From: Anaeromyxobacteraceae bacterium
GTDB taxonomy: Bacteria > Myxococcota > Myxococcia > Myxococcales > Anaeromyxobacteraceae
Length of the DNA: 64,000 bases
Assembly (NCBI GenBank): GCA_047602405.1
Contig: JASGHJ010000002.1
Coordinates: forward strand, 672,001-736,000
Reading direction: 5' to 3'
Position numbers and translations under genes: made by a program. A model generated the notes under the pieces. It saw only the letters and a program-made list of their open reading frames with translations. It did not search any database and was not told the DNA's origin. Below, one piece after another: positions 15,671 to 24,270 of this stretch (positions are counted from its first letter, which is position 1; every line of letters starts with the position of its first letter).

Positions 15671-17506
15671 ATGACCCTCAGACTGCTCGCGCTCGCCGTC
15701 CTCGCCTCCCCGCTCGCCTACGCGCCGCCGGCGGCCGCCCAGGCGCCCGGCGCCGCCCACCTGCGGGACGAGGCCGACCGCGGGCTCATCGCCTCCTATC
15801 CGCTCGCCGGGGATGCCGTCGACGAGGTCACCCGCGCGCCCGCCATGAGCTACGGCGTCGTCCCGGCCGAGGGGCGCGACCGCCGTCCGGCGGGGGCGCT
15901 CCGGTTCGACGGGCGCCGCTCCTACGTGAACCTCGGCGACCGGCTCGCACCCCAGACCTTCACGGTGGCTGCGTGGATCCGGCCCGACGCGGTCGGCCCG
16001 GTGCAGGTGATCCTCTCCCGCATCCGGAACGCCCCCGGTCACTACCAGAAGAACCTCGAGCTCCGGCTCGACGCGGGCGGCGTCCTGTTCCTGCACGTGC
16101 CGAGCGGCCAGGGCTGGGAGGCGGTGCGGGGCGACCGGCCCATCCCGGCGGGGCGCTGGACGCACGTCGCGGCCACCTACGACGGCCGCCGCGCGCAGCT
16201 CTGGGTCGACGGGCAGGCCGACGGCCAGCCCCTCGACGTCGCCTACGAGCAGACCCGCACCGAGACCTTCATCGGCGCGCGGCCGGAGGGCGGGAACCCG
16301 CGCGGCCCGACGTTCTTCTTCGGCGGCCTCCTCTCGGACGTGAAGGTGTGGGACCGCGCGCTCGGCGCCGGCGAGCTCGCCCGGGTCGCGGGCCGCGCGG
16401 AGGCCCAGCCGCCGCGCTGGCCGCCGCAGCCCGGCCCGGGCCCCGGCTACCCGGGAAACCCCGGCTACCCCGGCGGCGCCGCCCAGCCGGTCGCCTCCTG
16501 GCCCCTCGACCGCGGTGACCTCCGCGACGCGGTGGGCGGCGCCGAGGGGCACGCCTCCGGCCCGCTCCGCGCGGCCGAGGATCGCCGCGGCGACCCGCAG
16601 GGCGCGATCGGCCTCGCCGGCCGCGCGTGGATCGACGCGGGCGCCGTCGTCGAGCCGGAGACCCTCACGATCACCGCGTGGGTGCGCCCGGCGCGGGTGG
16701 ACCGCGACATGGCGATCCTCTCGAAGCTCTCGAGCGCCTACGGCCCCCGCGACCGCTGGCTCGAGCTCCGGCTGGAGCGCGGTGGCAAGGTCGCGCTCGG
16801 CTTCCCGTCGCCGCTCGGGCGGGAGCCGGTGGTGCGCTCGACGCGCCCCATCGCGCCGAACCGCTGGACCCACGTCGCCGCCACCTTCGACGGCGGCCGC
16901 GCGAGGATCTATCTGGACGGCCAGGCCGCCGGCGAGGCCGTGCTCGCGCCGTTCGACGCCTCGCGCGGCCCGCTCTTCCTCGGCGCGCGCCCGGACGCCT
17001 CCGGCCGCCGCCCGCGCCTCGGCTACGACCTCGAGGGCCGCCTCGACGACGTCGGCCTCTGGCGCGGCGCGCTCGACGCCGCCGAGGTGGCGCGGCTCGC
17101 CGACCGGACGCCCACGCCTCCTCCGCCGAATCCCTACGAGCCCCCGCGGCCGGGCCACCCGCCCGGCCAGGGCGGCGGCTGGGACGACGAGCCGGTCGGG
17201 CCGCTCGCCCCGGTGGCCCGGGCGCTCGCGCGGTTCGAGTCGGCCGTCGCCCGCCGCGACGCCGCCCGCCTCGCGGCCGCCGAGGACGCCGCGCTCCGCG
17301 CGCTCGAGGACGCGGCGCAGGCCTACCGCGGCCAGCGCGACGCGGGCGCCGTGGTGCAGCGTCTCCGCCAGGCGACCCAGGAGCTCTCGGCGCAGCGCGG
17401 GCGCACCGACGCGATGAGCCTCGACCGCAAGCGCTCCGCGCTCGTCGGCGCCGCCGACGTCCTCTGGGACGACCTCGCGCACGAGGTGGACGAGCGGCCG
17501 TTCTGA
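15671..17506 (+). CDS. Secreted protein with two LamG/concanavalin-like domains
   Basis: Signal peptide; two repeats of T..AW.RP...WTHVAAT.DG....L..DG separated by a PGYPG linker; helical C-terminus. Confidence 0.85.
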   Translation: MTLRLLALAVLASPLAYAPPAAAQAPGAAHLRDEADRGLIASYPLAGDAVDEVTRAPAMSYGVVPAEGRDRRPAGALRFDGRRSYVNLGDRLAPQTFTVAAWIRPDAVGPVQVILSRIRNAPGHYQKNLELRLDAGGVLFLHVPSGQGWEAVRGDRPIPAGRWTHVAATYDGRRAQLWVDGQADGQPLDVAYEQTRTETFIGARPEGGNPRGPTFFFGGLLSDVKVWDRALGAGELARVAGRAEAQPPRWPPQPGPGPGYPGNPGYPGGAAQPVASWPLDRGDLRDAVGGAEGHASGPLRAAEDRRGDPQGAIGLAGRAWIDAGAVVEPETLTITAWVRPARVDRDMAILSKLSSAYGPRDRWLELRLERGGKVALGFPSPLGREPVVRSTRPIAPNRWTHVAATFDGGRARIYLDGQAAGEAVLAPFDASRGPLFLGARPDASGRRPRLGYDLEGRLDDVGLWRGALDAAEVARLADRTPTPPPPNPYEPPRPGHPPGQGGGWDDEPVGPLAPVARALARFESAVARRDAARLAAAEDAALRALEDAAQAYRGQRDAGAVVQRLRQATQELSAQRGRTDAMSLDRKRSALVGAADVLWDDLAHEVDERPF

Positions 17507-17553
17507 ATTTCACGGGGGGCTCGTCCCTCGACTCCGGGCCCGCTGCGCGGGCC

Positions 17554-18319
17554 CTATGCTCGGGATGAGCGGGTCGTGGGGGAAGCGCCTCCCCGGAGCC
17601 ACAGCTCGGCCTGCCCCACCGCGAACGGGACCGCCGCGTCGACGCGCAGCGGGCGCGGGCCGAGCGTCACCGGGCGAAAGCCCTTCTCGACGAGCCGGCC
17701 GGCCTCGTAGGCGGTCCAGCCGCCCTCCGGGCCGATCGCGACGACCGCGCGCAGGCCGGGCGGCGGCGGCACGGCCTCGAGCGGCGTCGCCCCGACGAGG
17801 TGCGCGAGGAGCCGGGCCGGCTCCGGGAAGAGCGCGTCGAGCCAATCCTCCAGGAACGGCTTGAAGAACCGATCGACGGTGACCTCCGGCAGCACCGTGT
17901 CCCGGCCCTGCTCGAGGCCGAGCAGGAGCTCCTCCCGGATCGCGGCGGGCTCGAGCGCGGGGGAGCCGAAGTAGACTCTTCTCGACCCGGTAGCTCCCCG
18001 AGAGCGCGATCCGCTTCACGCCCATGGCCGCCGCGGCCTGCAGCACGCGCCGCAGCATCTTCGGGCGCGGCACCGCGAGGAGCAGCGACACCGGCGAGGG
18101 CGGCGGCGGCTCGCGATCGAGCCGGGGCCGGAGCACGAGCTCCGCGTCGGTCGCGGCGAGCACCTCGGCCTCTCCGAGGCGCCCGCCGACCACGCCCGCG
18201 AGGACGACCTCGCCGGGCGCGGCGCGGAGCACCTCGCGCACGTGGAGCGCGCGCCGGCCGTCGAGGCGCGCGGTGCCGTCGGCGCGGAGCTCGCCGGGCT
18301 CGAGGAGGAGCACGTTCAT
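17554..18319 (-). CDS. rsmE: 16S rRNA m3U1498 methyltransferase; +1 frameshift ~17975
   Basis: HVREVLR, LLAVPRPKMLRRVLQ, RVEKS|YFGSP, LGLEQGRDT, AIGPEGGW, LGPRPLRVD. Confidence 0.88.
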
Positions 18320-18327
18320 CGGCGGAG

Positions 18328-18337
18328 AGGTTACAAT
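18328..18337. promoter_or_regulatory. Overlapping divergent -10 boxes (bidirectional leaderless promoter candidate)
   Basis: AGGTTACAAT reads TACAAT on + (9 nt before ATG 18347) and TAACCT on - (8 nt before ATG 18319). Confidence 0.6.
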
Positions 18338-18346
18338 CTCCCCCCG

Positions 18347-18709
18347 ATGGCCACGAGCGAAACGGGCTGGACCCTCATCTCGGTCCTCTTCTCGTCGATC
18401 CCGCTGACGTCCTCGCTCGCGGGGATGCTGCACGCGACGGCGCTCGAGCTCTACCGCACCGACGCCGCGATGAGCCCGGTCGGCGGCGACCTCGTCTCCG
18501 GGCGCGTGGTCAACCTGAAGCGCTCGATGGCGCTGGGTGGGATCGCCGGGCCCGCCTTCGAGGCGAAGCTCGAGACGGAGCGCGGGAGCGGCACCGTCCG
18601 GTACCTGCTCACGAACGACGGGCTGCAGCTGATGGGCCTCGAGGGGCCCCGGGCGGCCCCGCCGCCGGCGCGCCGGGCGCCCGCCGGGAAGCCGCCCCTG
18701 CTCAACTGA
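18347..18709 (+). CDS. Hypothetical protein
   Basis: MATSETGWTLISVLFSSIPLT..., good codon usage, TACAAT box upstream. Confidence 0.75.
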   Translation: MATSETGWTLISVLFSSIPLTSSLAGMLHATALELYRTDAAMSPVGGDLVSGRVVNLKRSMALGGIAGPAFEAKLETERGSGTVRYLLTNDGLQLMGLEGPRAAPPPARRAPAGKPPLLN

Positions 18710-18768
18710 CGGTGGCAGGCTTGTTCGGGGCCACCCCCGATTGGCACCGTACCCGCAGGGAGGGGACG

Positions 18769-21036
18769 GTGACCGAGACGGCCGGTGGACGGGGCAGGGG
18801 GGCGCTCGCCCGCTTCGCCCTCGTGGGGGCGAGCGGCGCGGCGGTGAACCTCGCGGTGCTGCACCTCGCCGCGGAGCGCCTCGGCGCGCCGGAGGTGGCC
18901 GCGTCCGCGATCGCGATCGAGGTGAGCATCCTCTGGAACTTCCTCTTCCACGAGGTCTTCACCTTCCGTGGTGGGTTGCCGCGCGTGCCGGGCCCGCTCG
19001 GGAGGCTCTGGCGCTACCACGCGGTCTCGTTCGCGGGCGCGCTCGTCCAGCTCGGGGTGTTCTCGGCGGCGGTCGCGGCCCTCGCCCACGGCGGCGCGCT
19101 CGCGCCGATGGCGCGGATCGCCGCGCAGGGCGCCGGGATCGCGGCGGCCTTCGCGCTCACCTGGCTCGGCAGCTCCCGCTACGCCTGGGCGGAGCGGCCG
19201 AGCGCCGGCCCGGCCGCCACGGAGGAGCGCTCGCTCGCCGACCGGCTCGCGCCGCTCGCGTTCGTCGTCGTGCTCGCGCTGCACGTGGTGCCGATCTGGG
19301 CGGTCGCGTACTTCCCGACCCAGGATGGCCCGCTCCACGTCGAGAACATCCTCGCGCTCCTGCGCTTCGACCGCTCGCCGTTCCTGCAGGGCTGGTACCT
19401 CGCGAACTGGGGCGCCCAGCCGAACTGGCTGACCCAGTTCCTGTTCGCGGGGCTCCTCCCGTTCGTCTCGCCCGTCGTCGCGGAGAAGCTCGTCCTCACC
19501 GGCTACACCGTGCTCCTCCCGCTCGCGTTCCGGTCGGTCCTGCCGACCGGGCGGCTCGGGTGGTGGGCCGCGCTCGCCGTGTTCCCGTTCGTGCACGGCT
19601 TCCCGTTCCACATGGGCTTCTGGAACTTCTGCTGGGGGCTCGCGCTCGCGTTCCTCGCGGTGGGCTTCTGGCTGCGCACGCGCGGCCGGCTCGGCCCGGT
19701 GCGGTTCCTCGCGCTCTCGGTGCTCTCGGCGCTGCTGTTCCTCGCGCACTCGGTGGCGTTCGCCTCGGCGATGGCGGCCATCGGGACGCTGCTCGCCTGG
19801 CGGGCGGGGCTCGCGCTGCGCCGCGCGCGCGGGCGGCCGGAGCGGCGGGCGAGGGTGCTGCGCGGGTGGGGGCTCCGCGCCGCGGCGGTCGTGCTCGCCG
19901 GCGCGCCGGGGCTCCTCCTCCTCGCGGCGTGGCTCGGCGCGCACGCCGACCGCGCCGTGGCCCGCATCCCGCTCCTCGAGCTCGTCGCCAAGTTCGCGGC
20001 GGGCTACGCGATGGTCTCGATCGACCGCCGCGAGCTCTTCCTCGGGCCGCTCGTGACCCTGCTCCTCTTCGTCGGGGCGGCGCACCTCGCGCTCCACCGC
20101 GCCGCGACCTCCTCCGCGGCCTCGTGGCCCGCGCGCCTGCGCCCGCAGGACGGCTGGCTCGCGGCGGCGGTGCTGTTCGGGGTGCTCTACCTCGCGGTGC
20201 CGGACGTGGTCTCCGCGGGCGCCCACGTGTCCGACCGCTTCGCGCTCACCTCGTTCCTGTGCGCCGCGGCCTGGCTCGGCTCCGGGGCGCGCGCGCCGGT
20301 CCGGCGCCTCGCGGTCGCGCTGGCGGCCGTCGCGGTGGTGGCGCTCGGGGTGCGGCTCGACAAGCAGCGCGTGCTCTCCGACCACCTCGCCGAGTACGTC
20401 TCCGGGGTCGCCGCCATCCCGGGCGAGCGGGTGCTGCTCCCCATCGCGGTCGAGCCCGCAGGCCCGCGCGACGAGCACGGGCGGAACCTCGGCTACCGCG
20501 TGAAGCCGTTCCTGCACGCGACCGGCTGGATCGTCGCGGAGAAGGGCGGCGTCGACCTCAAGAACAGCCAGGCGCACACCGACCACTGCCCGGTGAAGTT
20601 CCCGCCCGGCCGGGATCCCTTCCTCACCATCGCGAGCTCGCTCGACAAGATGGAGGGCGTGCCGCCGTGCCTGGACCTCCGGGCCGCGGCGCGGGCGCGG
20701 GTGGACTACCTGCTCCTGTACGGCGGGCTCTCCGACGAGCTCCCCACGTCCTGCGGGCGCGAGATGGCCCGGCAGCTCGCGGAGCAGTGGCGCCCGGTCT
20801 GGCGGTCCGCGCCCCGCGGGCTCCTCGAGGTGTGGGCGCCGCAGGGCGGCACGGCCGCCTACGGCCCCTCCTCCTCCGGCGCGAACGCGCCCGTCCTCCA
20901 GCCGAGGCGGATCGACAGGAGCCGCACGACGAAGGAGACCGCGATCGCCGGGAACGCGGCGAGCTCGCCCGGCACCCCCAGGCGCCCCGCGAGGAGGAGG
21001 AAGAGGGCCACGCCCGCCATGGCCGCCAGGGCGTAG
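18769..21036 (+). CDS. GtrA-like flippase domain fused to a multi-TM GT-C-like glycosyltransferase
   Basis: N-terminal RFALVGASGAAVNL..AIEVSILWNF.FHE.FTF (GtrA), then FPTQDGPLH, many TM helices, F.MGFWNF and a soluble C-terminal domain. The 3' end overlaps the convergent gene. Confidence 0.75.
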   Translation: MTETAGGRGRGALARFALVGASGAAVNLAVLHLAAERLGAPEVAASAIAIEVSILWNFLFHEVFTFRGGLPRVPGPLGRLWRYHAVSFAGALVQLGVFSAAVAALAHGGALAPMARIAAQGAGIAAAFALTWLGSSRYAWAERPSAGPAATEERSLADRLAPLAFVVVLALHVVPIWAVAYFPTQDGPLHVENILALLRFDRSPFLQGWYLANWGAQPNWLTQFLFAGLLPFVSPVVAEKLVLTGYTVLLPLAFRSVLPTGRLGWWAALAVFPFVHGFPFHMGFWNFCWGLALAFLAVGFWLRTRGRLGPVRFLALSVLSALLFLAHSVAFASAMAAIGTLLAWRAGLALRRARGRPERRARVLRGWGLRAAAVVLAGAPGLLLLAAWLGAHADRAVARIPLLELVAKFAAGYAMVSIDRRELFLGPLVTLLLFVGAAHLALHRAATSSAASWPARLRPQDGWLAAAVLFGVLYLAVPDVVSAGAHVSDRFALTSFLCAAAWLGSGARAPVRRLAVALAAVAVVALGVRLDKQRVLSDHLAEYVSGVAAIPGERVLLPIAVEPAGPRDEHGRNLGYRVKPFLHATGWIVAEKGGVDLKNSQAHTDHCPVKFPPGRDPFLTIASSLDKMEGVPPCLDLRAAARARVDYLLLYGGLSDELPTSCGREMARQLAEQWRPVWRSAPRGLLEVWAPQGGTAAYGPSSSGANAPVLQPRRIDRSRTTKETAIAGNAASSPGTPRRPARRRKRATPAMAARA

Positions 21037-21521
21037 AACTGGCCCGGCTTGAAGATGAGCGGCTCCTCGCGCACGAGGATGTCGCGCAGCACGCCGCCGC
21101 CGACCGCGTTCACGGCCCCGACGAGGAGCGCCGAGAGGAACGGCAGGCCGGCGGCGATCGCCTTCTGCGCGCCGACCACGCCGTAGACCCCCAGCGCGAC
21201 CGCGTCGAGGATCACGATCGCGAGCCTGAGCCGGTGGAGGTGGCGCGCGAACCAGACGGCGAACGCCGCGCCGGCGATCACCGCGCCGAGGTACCGGCCG
21301 TCGAGGAGCACCGCCGGGACCGGCGACTGGAGGAAGAGCCCGTCGCGGAGGAAGGCGCCGCCGAGCCCGGTGGCGAGCGCGAGCACGCTGATGCCGATGA
21401 CGTCGTAGCGCTTGTGCACCCCGGCGAGCGCGCCGGAGGTCGCGAACAGGAACGCCGCCGCCATGTCGAAGGCCGCCGGGAGCTGGAAGGGGCCCTCGGG
21501 GATGTGAAGGAAGCCGCTCAC
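20859..21521 (-). CDS. Trimeric intracellular cation (TRIC/YadS, UPF0126) channel family protein
   Basis: FATSGAL...ATGLGGAFLRD and DAVALG...NAVGGGVLRD repeats. Confidence 0.9.
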   Translation of the reverse strand: MSGFLHIPEGPFQLPAAFDMAAAFLFATSGALAGVHKRYDVIGISVLALATGLGGAFLRDGLFLQSPVPAVLLDGRYLGAVIAGAAFAVWFARHLHRLRLAIVILDAVALGVYGVVGAQKAIAAGLPFLSALLVGAVNAVGGGVLRDILVREEPLIFKPGQFYALAAMAGVALFLLLAGRLGVPGELAAFPAIAVSFVVRLLSIRLGWRTGAFAPEEEGP

Positions 21522-21530
21522 GCGGCGGGG

Positions 21531-21540
21531 AAGCTAACAT
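21531..21540. promoter_or_regulatory. Overlapping divergent -10 boxes (bidirectional leaderless promoter candidate)
   Basis: AAGCTAACAT reads TAACAT on + (6 nt before GTG 21547) and TAGCTT on - (9 nt before GTG 21521). Confidence 0.55.
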
Positions 21541-21546
21541 GGCGGG

Positions 21547-22281
21547 GTGCCAAGCCGCTCGCCCCCGCCTCCCGGCGTACCTCCGGTCCGCCTGGTCCTC
21601 CTGAAGCCCTCGAACCCGCAGAACCTCGGCGCGGTCGCCCGGGCCATGAAGAACATGGGGCTCGCCGACTGGGCGGTGGTGGAGCTCGGCACGCACGACT
21701 TCGCGACGGCGCGGCGGGTGGCGGTCCACGCGGAGGAGCTCCTCGACCGGCCGCGGATCGCGCGCACGCTCGAGGAGGCCGTCGCCGACTGCGCGTGGGT
21801 CGTCGGCACGACGCCGCGCAGGGTCCGGGGGCGGCGCACGCTCGCGCCCGCGGAGGTCGCCGCGGGCGTCCTCGCCCGGGCGCCCGGGCGGACCGCGATC
21901 GTGTTCGGCGAGGAGCGGAGCGGCCTCACGAACGAGGAGGCGCTGCGCTGCCACGACCTCTCGGCGATCCCGTCCGACCCGGAGCAGCCGTCGCTCAACC
22001 TCGCGCAGGCCGTGCTGCTCTACGCCTGGGAGGTCCGCCGGGCCGCGCTCTCGGCGGCCGCGCCCGCGCCCGCGCGAGGGCAAGACGGAGGGGCGGCGAC
22101 CGACGCGGAGGTCGCGGGGCTCGAGCAGCTCCTGCGCGAGCTGCTCCGGGCCTCTGGCTTCCTCGCCGGGCCCGAGCGGCACGCGGTGCGGGACCTCGCC
22201 GACGCCTTCCGGCGCGCGCGGCTCACGCGGCGCGAGGCGCGGCTGTGGAACGCGGCGCTGCGGACGCTCTCGCGGAGGTGA
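21547..22281 (+). CDS. trmJ: TrmJ/YjtD-family SPOUT RNA methyltransferase
   Basis: PSNPQNLGAVARAMKNMG, VFGEERSGLTNEE, SLNLAQAV. Confidence 0.9.
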   Translation: MPSRSPPPPGVPPVRLVLLKPSNPQNLGAVARAMKNMGLADWAVVELGTHDFATARRVAVHAEELLDRPRIARTLEEAVADCAWVVGTTPRRVRGRRTLAPAEVAAGVLARAPGRTAIVFGEERSGLTNEEALRCHDLSAIPSDPEQPSLNLAQAVLLYAWEVRRAALSAAAPAPARGQDGGAATDAEVAGLEQLLRELLRASGFLAGPERHAVRDLADAFRRARLTRREARLWNAALRTLSRR

Positions 22282-22285
22282 GCGC

Positions 22286-22326
22286 CCCCTCACCCTGTCC
22301 CTCTCCCCCGCAGGGCGGGAGAAGGC
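22286..22326. repeat. REP-like imperfect palindrome between convergent genes (possible terminator)
   Basis: CCCCTCACCCTGTCCCTCTCCCCCGCAGGGCGGGAGAAGG resembles the widespread CCCTCACCC..CCCTCTCCC..GGGAGAGGG extragenic element; single copy in this window. Confidence 0.45.
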
Positions 22327-22327
22327 G

Positions 22328-23350
22328 TCACGCGAGGTCCTCGCGGCTCGAGCCCGGGATCGACTGCGCGACGTCCGCGCCGTAGGCGCTCGACGGCGTC
22401 TGCCAGCCGCGCTTCGCGTCGCCCGCGAGCGCCCGCCGGGCGAGCTCGACGGCGGCGAGCGCGGTGAACCGGTAGGCCTCGACGTGCTGCGACCGGGAGA
22501 CGATCCGCCGGCCGTCCGGGCCGGAGGCCTCGCCGACCACGATGGACCGCCCGCGCTCGCGGGCGGCGGCGTCCGGGCCCGCCTTGCCGCGGGTGAGGAG
22601 GGCGACCGCGGCCGGGCCCACGAACGGCAGCCGCAGCGCGGGGGCGAGGTGCGGCATGAGGCGCATCGCGAGCCGCTGCTGCCGGGGCGCGGCCATGTAG
22701 GTCGCGACGTCCTTCACGCCCGTCGAGTGCGGCGCCGTCACGAGGTCGCCCCAGGCGATCGAGAGGCACGGCGCCGGGCCCCTCCCGAAGTCGAAGGTGC
22801 GGCTCGCCGGGTGGCGCCGCGGGTCGGCGGGCGCGGAGTCGGAGAGCGCCATCGCGGTCTTCGCGGTGCCGCGCGAGACGCCGCCGGTGGTCTTGAACGC
22901 GAGCACGATCGTGGTCGCGTCGGGCATGCGCCGCACGAGGTGGGCGGCCATCGCGTCGGTCGGCACGACGTCGAAGCCGGCCCCCGGGAGCAGCATCACG
23001 CCGGCCCGGCCGGCCTCGCCGGAGAGCGCCTGCGCGGCCCGGAAGACCGGGCCCTCGCCGGTGATGTCGAGGTAGTGCGCGCCCGTCGCGATGCAGGCCC
23101 GGGCCATCGCGTCGAAGGTCGCGAAGAAGGGGCCGGCGCAGTGGAGGACCACCCTCGCCCCGGCGAGGCCGCGCTTCACCTCCACCGGATCCCGGAGGCC
23201 GAACACCCGCGCGTCGAGCCCGAGCTCCTTCGCGAGCGGCTCGAGCTTCGAGGGATCGCGGCCGGCCACCACCGGCCGGATCCCGCGCTCGAGCGCGTGC
23301 CGGACGATGAGCTCGCCGGTGTAGCCGTAGGCGCCGTAGACGAGGAGCAT
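22328..23350 (-). CDS. Saccharopine dehydrogenase-like NAD(P)-binding oxidoreductase
   Basis: MLLVYGAYGYTG, HCAGPF, HYLDITGE, GAGFDVVPTD, GWQTP. Confidence 0.9.
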   Translation of the reverse strand: MLLVYGAYGYTGELIVRHALERGIRPVVAGRDPSKLEPLAKELGLDARVFGLRDPVEVKRGLAGARVVLHCAGPFFATFDAMARACIATGAHYLDITGEGPVFRAAQALSGEAGRAGVMLLPGAGFDVVPTDAMAAHLVRRMPDATTIVLAFKTTGGVSRGTAKTAMALSDSAPADPRRHPASRTFDFGRGPAPCLSIAWGDLVTAPHSTGVKDVATYMAAPRQQRLAMRLMPHLAPALRLPFVGPAAVALLTRGKAGPDAAARERGRSIVVGEASGPDGRRIVSRSQHVEAYRFTALAAVELARRALAGDAKRGWQTPSSAYGADVAQSIPGSSREDLA

Positions 23351-23361
23351 CGGCTCCTTCT

Positions 23362-24270
23362 TTACCCTCCCCGGAGCGTCCGTTCGGCGGCCGCGAGCGC
23401 GGCCTTCTGGGGCGGATCGAGGGTGGGGTAGGCGAGGTCGAGCCCGCCGAGCGCGTCGACCACCGTCGCGGCCACCACGAGCCGGGTGAACCACTTGTTG
23501 TCGGCCGGGACGACGCTCCAGGGCGCCTCGGGGGTGGCGGTCTCGCGGATGGCGTCCTCGTAGGCCGCCATGTAGGCCTTCCAGTGCGCGCGCTCGGCCA
23601 CGTCACCGGCCGAGAACTTCCAGTTCTTCTCCGGCTCCCGGATCCGCTCGAGGAAGCGCCGCTTCTGCTCGCCCTTCGAGACGTGCAGGAAGAACTTCCG
23701 GATGCAGACCCCGTTGTCGGTGAGGTAGCGCTCGAAGGCGCGGATGTCGCGGTGGCGGCGCTTCCAGAGGTCGTCGCCGAGGAGCTTCTCCGGCAGCCGC
23801 TGGCGCCCGAGGAACTCCGGGTGCACCCGCACCACGAGCACCTCCTCGTAGTGCGAGCGGTTGAAGATCCCGATCCGCCCGCGCTCCGGGAGGTGGCGCT
23901 GGCAGCGCCAGAGGAAGTCGTGGTCGAGCTCCTCGGCGGAGGGGACCTTGAACGACGCCACCTGGCAGCCCTGCGGGTTCACGCCGGACATGACGTGCTT
24001 GATCGCGCCGTCCTTGCCGGCCGCGTCCATCGCCTGGAAGACGAGGAGCACCGCCCAGCGGTCCTGGGCGTAGAGGAGATCCTGCAGCGTCGCGAGCGCC
24101 TCGACGCCCTCCCGGAGCGCCGCCTGCGCCTCCTCCTTGCCGTCCTTCCCGAGGTCGCCGGTGTCGCCCGGGTCGACGTCCTTCAGCCGGAACTTCGACC
24201 CGTCCTCGACGAGGTACCGCGAGGCGAGCTTCCGCGAGCGCTTGAGGACGGCCTTCAGGTCAGTGGGCAT
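23362..24270 (-). CDS. ppk2: Polyphosphate kinase 2 family (class III-like)
   Basis: QAMDAAGKDG, FKVPSAEELDHDFLWR, FNRSHYEEVL, VPADNKW. Confidence 0.93.
   Translation of the reverse strand: MPTDLKAVLKRSRKLASRYLVEDGSKFRLKDVDPGDTGDLGKDGKEEAQAALREGVEALATLQDLLYAQDRWAVLLVFQAMDAAGKDGAIKHVMSGVNPQGCQVASFKVPSAEELDHDFLWRCQRHLPERGRIGIFNRSHYEEVLVVRVHPEFLGRQRLPEKLLGDDLWKRRHRDIRAFERYLTDNGVCIRKFFLHVSKGEQKRRFLERIREPEKNWKFSAGDVAERAHWKAYMAAYEDAIRETATPEAPWSVVPADNKWFTRLVVAATVVDALGGLDLAYPTLDPPQKAALAAAERTLRGG

Noticed and set aside
20859..21036. 178-bp convergent overlap as functional antisense regulation
   Set aside because: The tail is low-complexity shadow sequence, more likely stop-codon drift or error; no supporting evidence.
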